Part shown: positions 57,361-64,000 of the stretch, one piece after another
How the letters are laid out: each line of letters starts with the position of its first letter
Position numbering within the stretch: the stretch's first letter is position 1
Origin: Eledone cirrhosa
Taxonomy: Eukaryota
Length of the DNA stretch: 64,000 bases
NCBI GenBank assembly: GCA_964016885.1
Contig: OZ024763.1
Location: 7,936,001 to 8,000,000, forward strand
Direction of reading: 5' to 3'
Made by a program: the position numbers and the translations under genes
Notes under the pieces: generated by a model
Database searches by the model: none
What the model was told of the DNA's origin: nothing
What the model saw: only the letters and a program-made list of their open reading frames with translations

Positions 57361-57498
57361 GAGTCGGCTGAAGAGTTCATAGGAGACTGACTATGAAGGA
57401 GTGATGCTAGGGCTGTGAAATCTTGCATAACATTAATTTCAACTCTTCTTATTAATAATTGCATTGTTTCTTTCTGGGGACTATGTTGAAAAATAAAC

Positions 57499-57548
<50 letters not shown>

Positions 57549-57735
57549 AATATATATATAAATATATATATTTATATACCTGTTTACCCCCCTTTTAATT
57601 TCAGTTTATTTTGATCATGCCTTTATTTTTAAATTTATCTTTATTTTGTATTTTTTCATTCGCACCGTTTCCTTTCGCTATATGTCTCTCCACCACTCCC
57701 CTACACACCCTTTGAACTCTGTTCCCACACACTTC

Positions 57736-57770
57736 TCACCTGAGGAAGGGCTTATGCCCGAAACGTCGTC
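57736..57770 (+). ncRNA. Minimal hammerhead ribozyme motif (Penelope-like pLTR remnant)
   Basis: AC-CTGAGGA-A-GGGC-TTAT-GCCC-GAA-ACGT-C-GT, followed by AATAAA at ~57806 and (TA)n. Confidence 0.65.
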
Positions 57771-57857
57771 CCCCACCAACACCCCACTCTCCAGAGCGTG
57801 AAATTAATAAACATTCGTTGTACTGCCTCTCTGTTTTGTCCCTGTTCAAATTTTTCC

Positions 57858-57912
<55 letters not shown>

Positions 57913-59094
57913 GGACGTTAAACGAAGATGATGATGATGATGATGATATATATAGTCTAACAAAGTTCTTTCGTAGCACATCTGCAACATCATCAGTGGT
58001 ACTATTATCATGTTTCCCCTAATGTATTGTATGTACGCCATTTTTATTTTATCACTTAGATAAAATAAAAATGGCGTAGACATTATAATACAGTAGGGGA
58101 AGATATATATCTATGTTTGACCGTTGGTCACTCAGTCATAAACATTGATGGCCGAATGAATTAACTGTGGAGATATAAAAGATACAGAAGTGAAAACCAA
58201 CCAAATAGTGAGTGTGTTCTGTTATTCTCTCTCTCTCTATATATATATATATAACCACCAACACTCCACCACACCACTGCTACCTCTACTACAACCAGCC
58301 CCACCACTACTACCTACCCATCACCATCACAACACCACCTCAACCACCCCCACTACACCCATCACTGCCACTACACCCATCACCACACTACCACTCACAC
58401 CCCCACAACAACCCCACCCCACCATCACTACACTACCACAACCACTACACCCATCACCACCACTACACCCACCACCATCACTGCCACTACACCCATCACC
58501 ACCACCACCACTACACCCACCACCATCACCACCACTACACCCACCACCACCACTACACCCACCACCACCACTACACCCACCATCACCACCACTACACCCA
58601 CCACCATCACTACACCCACCACCACACTACCACTCACACCCCCACAACTACCCACCCCACCACTACACCCACCACCACCACTACACCCACCACCATCACT
58701 ACACCCTCACCACCACTACACCCACCATCACCACCACCATCACTACACCACCACCACCACTACACCCACCACCACCATCACTACACCCACCACCACCATC
58801 ACTACACCCACCACCACCACTACAATTACCTAATCACTATTCTCCAATAATATAGACAGAATTCAAAGTTAATTCCAATCAAGGTAATTAAGAAAGGGTT
58901 CTTTGTTGAAATAATTAATTGGCAGCAGCTTTTTACACCTGAATTACTTTGAAGTTAGTAATTATAAATGTAATTATAAATCATAATTAACTGTTGATAG
59001 AGTCTTCTGAATACAGGTGATAATGTTGTGAGGTGAGTTATTAGCAAGAGAGGGAAGAAGGTGATAATTCATAAACCAGTCTACCTGGCTGTAA

Positions 59095-60290
59095 GTGGAT
59101 ACCACCTTGTGGTGCAATGTTGGACCTCAGTCGGTTTCAACGATGAGCGTTTTTACTTGTTTGATCAACTATGCAGCCTTCTTCTTATTATTTAGAAGGG
59201 GCCATTATGCAGCTGGTTTCCCATCACAACTGGAGCCTGCCAACCTGGACTGTCATGATGGTAAGTACCCAGGCGGGGTATAACCCTTTGCCCCATTCCA
59301 GGAAGGTAAATATTTCATCTGGGATGTCGTGTGCTGCTGTGACATGTTCTTTGACTCGTAGCTTTGGCCACAAACCTGGGCACTGCTGCCCACAATACAA
59401 CAAACAGGTAGATATCTGTGGCTTGACTGACTGACCACTTCCTGTCAGGTAACTGTTGAGACATCTGTTAATACAACAGGTAGATATCTGTGGCTTGACT
59501 GACTGACTGACCACTTCCTGTCAGGTAACTGTTGAGACATCTGTTAATACAACAGGTAGATATCTGTGGCTTGACTGACTGACCACTTCCTGTCAGGTAA
59601 CTGTTGAGACATCTGTTAATACAACAGGTAGATATCTGTGGCTTGACTGACTGACCACTTCCTGTCAGGTAACTGTGGAGACATCTGTTAATACAACAGG
59701 TAGATATCTGTGGCTTGACTGACTGACTGACCACTTCCTGTCAGGTAACTGTGGAGACATCTGTTAATACAACAGGTAGATATCTGTGGCTTGACTGACT
59801 GACTGACCACTTCCTGTCAGGTAACTGTTGAGACATCTGTTAATACAACAGGTAGATATCTGTGGCTTGACTGACTGACCACTTCCTGTCAGGTAACTGT
59901 TGAGACATCTGTTAATACAACAGGTAGATATCTGTGGCTTGACTGACTGACCACTTCCTGTCAGGTAACTGTTGAGACATCTGTTAATACAACAGGTAGA
60001 TATCTGTGGCTTGACTGACTGACTGACCACTTCCTGTCAGGTAACTGTGGAGACATCTGTTAATACAACAGGTAGATATCTGTGGCTTGACTGACTGACT
60101 GACCACTTCCTGTCAGGTAACTGTTGAGACATCTGTTAATACAACAGGTATCTGTGGCTTGACTGACTGACCACTTCCTGTCAGGTAACTGTTGAGACAT
60201 CTGTTAATACAACAGGTAGATATCTGTGGCTTGACTCACTGACCACTTCCTCATCATGTTCTGCCATTATCGAGACATCTGCAGTCCTGT
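59095..60290 (+). mobile_element. CRE-like non-LTR retrotransposon relic (restriction-like endonuclease region)
   Basis: AGFPSQLEPANLDCHDGKYPGGV*PFAPFQEGKYFIWDVVC resembles G.PS.LEP.GL...DGKRPDG.T..P...GK.L.WD. After the internal array the sequence continues AIIETSAVL. Confidence 0.6.
59394..60251. repeat. 72/76-bp tandem array, ~11.5 copies, inside the CRE-like relic
   Basis: Unit is AATACAACAGGTAGATATCTGTGGCTT(GACT)2-3GACCACTTCCTGTCAGGTAACTGT(T/G)GAGACATCTGTT. Confidence 0.95.
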
Positions 60291-60994
60291 CTTCCTCGTC
60301 AGCCAGAAATGTTGTTTGCCTCATCAATAAAAATTGGGGAAGAGGTGCAGTGGCTTACCCAACAGGTGTCGTTGTCAGAGATATACCCGTAAGACTGGGG
60401 TGTAGTGTCTACCACTCCCTCTCCCCCACATTCCTTTTACTTTCGTTAGACATTTTTCTTTTATATTGCAAACATTGTATTTGTCCAGGCCAAGGAAGAA
60501 GCCCCGTAAGATGGGGGTGGTTGTTGCAGTGGGTGTCGCTGGCTATTGTCCGATGGGCACAGCCCCCAACACCACCGTGCCCTAAGCCCAGAGCCCATCG
60601 CCCTCACCCTTCCATTCTTCTGTGACCCTAGACCCCTTCCTTTCCCCTCATTAATAAGGTAGCTCTACTGTTGTCACTTTCAAATGTCATCAACGCGAGA
60701 GACCCGCCCTACCATATTCTCCCCTTCCTCCTCACACTACAAGCTCCTATTCCCCACTCCCTCTACATACACACTATATATATACATATATATTAAAGTT
60801 GTCAAAGGTTTTATGGAAGAACGAAGCAAAGATCTCGAGAAATAGATCAAAATTTGAAATACATACTTGCTAATTAATAAAGTCCATGCTCGCGCCATTT
60901 TAAAAAATAATGGGAAATAACTCTAAATGTGTGTTCTTATTTGAGTTATGTCCCTTGAATTTTGTTTATTCATTTATTTATTTTAATTATTATT

Positions 60995-61400
60995 ATGTCA
61001 GACACCATGCTTTGCAGCGTAGAGTTATGACTCTTTACGTTCTGAATTCAAATCTCGTCTTTCATTTATCTTTGCCTTTCATTTTTACGGGGTCGATAAA
61101 ATAAAGTACCAGTAATGCACTGGGGTAATTGCTGGCCTTGTACCAAAAGAAGAAACAGTGTACCAGTAATACACTGAAATAATTGCTGGCCTTGTGCCAA
61201 AAGTAGAAACAATTATTATGGGAATGGACAGTCTCGTTATTCCGTCAGATAGAACGTTTAGCGGTATTCGATCCGACTCTCTGAGTTCAAATCCCGTCCA
61301 GGTTAACTTTGCCTTTCAAACTTACAGGGTCGATAAAATAAAGTACCAGTAATACACTGGGGTTATTGCTGGCCTTGTGCCAAAAGTAGAAACGTTATTA
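60995..61400 (+). mobile_element. Cluster of Nin/Deu-type SINE copies
   Basis: Two cores GCCTTTCA..GGGTCGATAAAATAAAGTACCAG and three tails GCTGGCCTTGT.CCAAAAG.AGAAAC. Confidence 0.75.
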
Positions 61401-62604
61401 CTATATATAAAAGAAAATTAAGACTGAGAGAAGAAGATAACGAATGGAAACAAGGCAAAACGAAAAGGGAAGGGAAAGACGAATGGTTCTAGTGTCACAG
61501 AAGAATGTGGAGAGGTGAGGAAGGGAGGTGGTGATTGGGCTCTGGGCCTAGGGCGCAACGGTTATGGGGCTGTGCACCCCACATTGCAAGGCTCCTTCTT
61601 CAGACGGAGCCGCTGACGTTCGTATCTTGTGGAGGAGCTCGGCAGTTCAGGGGTCGAAATACAAATATAAACTATATGGGCAAAGACTGGGGCCTCGTTT
61701 GCCTCTAAAATGTGAGGGAGACAAACCAACATTTGTTGGTCCTTAGTCTTACTTATGGTGCCTTTCCTGGACCCTATCACATAAGTAAAATTTTACTCTA
61801 ATTAAATTTTATATATTCAAATGAAGTTCAGATATAAAAAAAATAAGCTTAAAAAGAATTTATTATATTAAATATACAAAAAATAAAATATAGACGTTTG
61901 AAAAAGTGGGAGGGGGGGGGGGCTTGTTCCCTGGTACCCCTAACCCCTGAAACAAGACCCTTGGGCAGACGTCAGAAATCGAACGAAACACAGGCAGTCC
62001 CAACTCGTCAGCCGATCGCTATATCAGAGAAAGGAACGCTTCTGTCCACAAGAATGAATGAAAGATAGTGTAAGTAAATATATGGGGGTGTCAGGTACTG
62101 TAGCGTTAGGGCTGGGGTTAGGTTTAGTAAGCATTCAGGGAGAGGGGGTGGGGAGAAACAAACCCAAATAAACATAGTTTGGAAGTAGCCCGGGCCAAGA
62201 CATGATGAACTGAGTTTGAGTTGAAAACAATGAGATATCGTAATCTAACCTGACACCCCTCTATCTTTTGTCAGGTAAGAATGGACTCGGCTAAATAGAT
62301 AGCAATTCTCTCTTCTCTATTTGTCTGTCTAAGTCAATATAAGAGGGAGGGAGAGGGGGAGGAGGAGGGGGATTGACTCAACCAAACAAACAAACAGACA
62401 GAAAGAGATAGAAAAAGGAGAGAGAGAGAGAGCGCAATAGAGAGACAGAATAGATAGACGGGTAAATAGACTAATATATATATAGAGAGAGAGAGAGGGA
62501 GAGAGAAAGAGAGAGGGTAAGGGAAAGACAGATAGATATATAGAGAGATAGGGTAAGATAGAATCGCTATATAGAAACAGGGCGGACGGCAGGGAGGACG
62601 GAAA

Positions 62605-63315
62605 GGCTGATGGTGGTGGTGTGAAGGAGAGAGAGAGAGAGTGTGTGTGGTAGTGGTGGTGGTGTGGTGTTGGGTTAGGGGAGAGAGAGAGAGAGTGTGT
62701 GTGTGGTAGTGGTGGTGGTGGTGGTGTTGGGTTAGGAGAGAGAGAGAGAGTGGTGTGGTGTTGGTGGTGGTAGCGGTGGTGTGGTGTTGGGTTAGGAGAG
62801 AGAGAGAGAGAGTGTGTGTGTGGTAGTGGTGGTGGTGGTGGTGGTGTTGGGTTAGGAGAGAGAGAGAGAGTGGTGTGGTGTTGGTGGTGGTAGCGGTGGT
62901 GTGGTGTTGGGTTAGGAGAGAGAGAGAGAGTGGTGTGGTGTTGGTGGTGGTAGCGGTGGTGTGGTGTTGGGTTAGGAGAGAGAGAGAGAGTGGTGTGGTG
63001 TTGGTGGTGGTAGCGGTGGTGTGGTGTTGGGTTAGGAGAGAGAGAGAGAGTGGTGTGGTGTTGGTGGTGGTAGCGGTGGTGTGGTGTTGGGTTAGGAGAG
63101 AGAGAGAGAGTGGTGTGGTGTTGGTGGTGGTAGCGGTGGTGTGGTGTTGGGTTAGGAGAGAGAGAGAGAGTGGTGTGGTGTTGGTGGTGGTAGCGGTGGT
63201 GTGGTGTTGGGTTAGGAGAGAGAGAGAGAGTGGTGTGGTGTTGGTGGTGGTAGCGGTGGTGTGGTGTTGGGTTAGGGGAGAGAGAGAGAGTGGTGTGGTG
63301 TTGGTGGTGTTGGGT

Positions 63316-63352
<37 letters not shown>

Positions 63353-63658
63353 TGTGGTGTTGGTGGTGGTTGTCGTGGTGGTGTGGTGTGGTGTTGGGTT
63401 AGGAGAGAGAGAGAGTGAGTGTATGCGTGTGGTGTTGGTGGTGGTGGTGGTGTTGGGTTAGGAGAGAGAGAGAGAGTGTGTGTGGTGTGTGGTAGTGGTT
63501 GTGATGTGGTGTTGGGTTAGGAGAGAGAGAAAGAGAGAGGGTGTGTGTGGTGGTGGTGTTGGGTTAGGAGAGAGAGAGAGAGAGTGAGTGGTGTGGTGTG
63601 TGTGGTGGTGGTGTTGGGTTAGGAGGGAGAGAGAGAGAGAGAGAGAGAGAGTGGTGTG
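62605..63658. repeat. GGT/GA-rich minisatellite with ~7 exact 60-bp units (62850-63300)
   Basis: Unit is TTGGTGGTGGTAGCGGTGGTGTGGTGTTGGGTTAGGAGAGAGAGAGAGAGTGGTGTGGTG. Confidence 0.92.
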
Positions 63659-63666
63659 TAGTAAAG

Positions 63667-64000
63667 ATGGCCTTTCACCGTTGTAAGCGGACGACGACGA
63701 CAAACACTCGTGTCTGTCGTGTTTCGTGTTTAACGGTGCTCCATATGTACTTAACGATGACGACGACCGTGATGGCGATGTTGATGATGATGATGATGGT
63801 GGTGACATCTTGTTCGGCCGCAGGACCAGAAGCTGTCCCCCAGCCAGAGGACCGGGTTACAGAGTTACCAGATGCTGCTAGTGCTGGTGGTGGTGTAACA
63901 GAGCCGTCCCAGGGGCAGAGGAGCGGAACAGCGGTGAAGTCTGAAGGAGGAGATGGTAATGGTGATGATGAAGAAATGGTGAATCTGTCGGATCTGTTAA
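63667..64000 (+). CDS. Probable first coding exon of a secreted or membrane protein (partial; runs off the window)
   Basis: Start context AAAGATGG, open to the window end: MAFHRCKRTTTTNTRVCRVSCLTVLHMYLTMTTTVMAMLMMMMMVVTSCSAAGPEAVPQPEDRVTELPDAASAGGG...DDEEMVNLSDLL. It has a basic n-region, a hydrophobic stretch and a small-residue cleavage site, then an acidic region. Confidence 0.5.
   Translation, partial: MAFHRCKRTTTTNTRVCRVSCLTVLHMYLTMTTTVMAMLMMMMMVVTSCSAAGPEAVPQPEDRVTELPDAASAGGGVTEPSQGQRSGTAVKSEGGDGNGDDEEMVNLSDLL

Noticed and set aside
59394-60251. CAG|GTA motifs in the 72-bp array as recursive splice sites
   Set aside because: The array lies downstream of the gene's stop codon, outside any intron I can define, and derives from a LINE relic.
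63458-64000. Minus-strand open frames at the window end
   Set aside because: They run into, or mirror, simple repeats. The + strand frame with an ATG and signal-like N-terminus is more coherent, though not proven.

Overview
This is repeat-rich, AT-rich eukaryotic (animal) genomic DNA. The SINE families and microsatellite load suggest an octopod cephalopod (inference). Almost all ORFs in the track are artefacts of simple repeats. One real gene is well supported: a PRRT3/PRRT4-like 7-transmembrane protein on the + strand. Its large exon (~8446/8474-10034) joins in frame, across a 40.7-kb phase-2 GT-AG intron, to a small terminal exon (50753-50924) that completes TM7. A probable second gene, with a signal-peptide-like N-terminus, starts at 63667 and runs off the window. 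The rest consists of large satellites (42, 43, 48, 49, 63, 72, 138 and 8 bp units), a complete but decayed IR/DR-type Tc1 (DD34E) transposon, relics of L1/Tx1, RTE and CRE-like LINEs, many tRNA-derived SINEs, piggyBac- and hAT-type MITEs, and Penelope-like remnants with minimal hammerhead ribozyme motifs. The most unusual signal is that several tandem arrays in and around the gene are built from splice-signal-like units. These include a triplicated acceptor/ATG, ~89 acceptor-like units starting at the real donor, and ~48 in-frame 36-nt micro-exon-like units. None of this is demonstrated to be functional.
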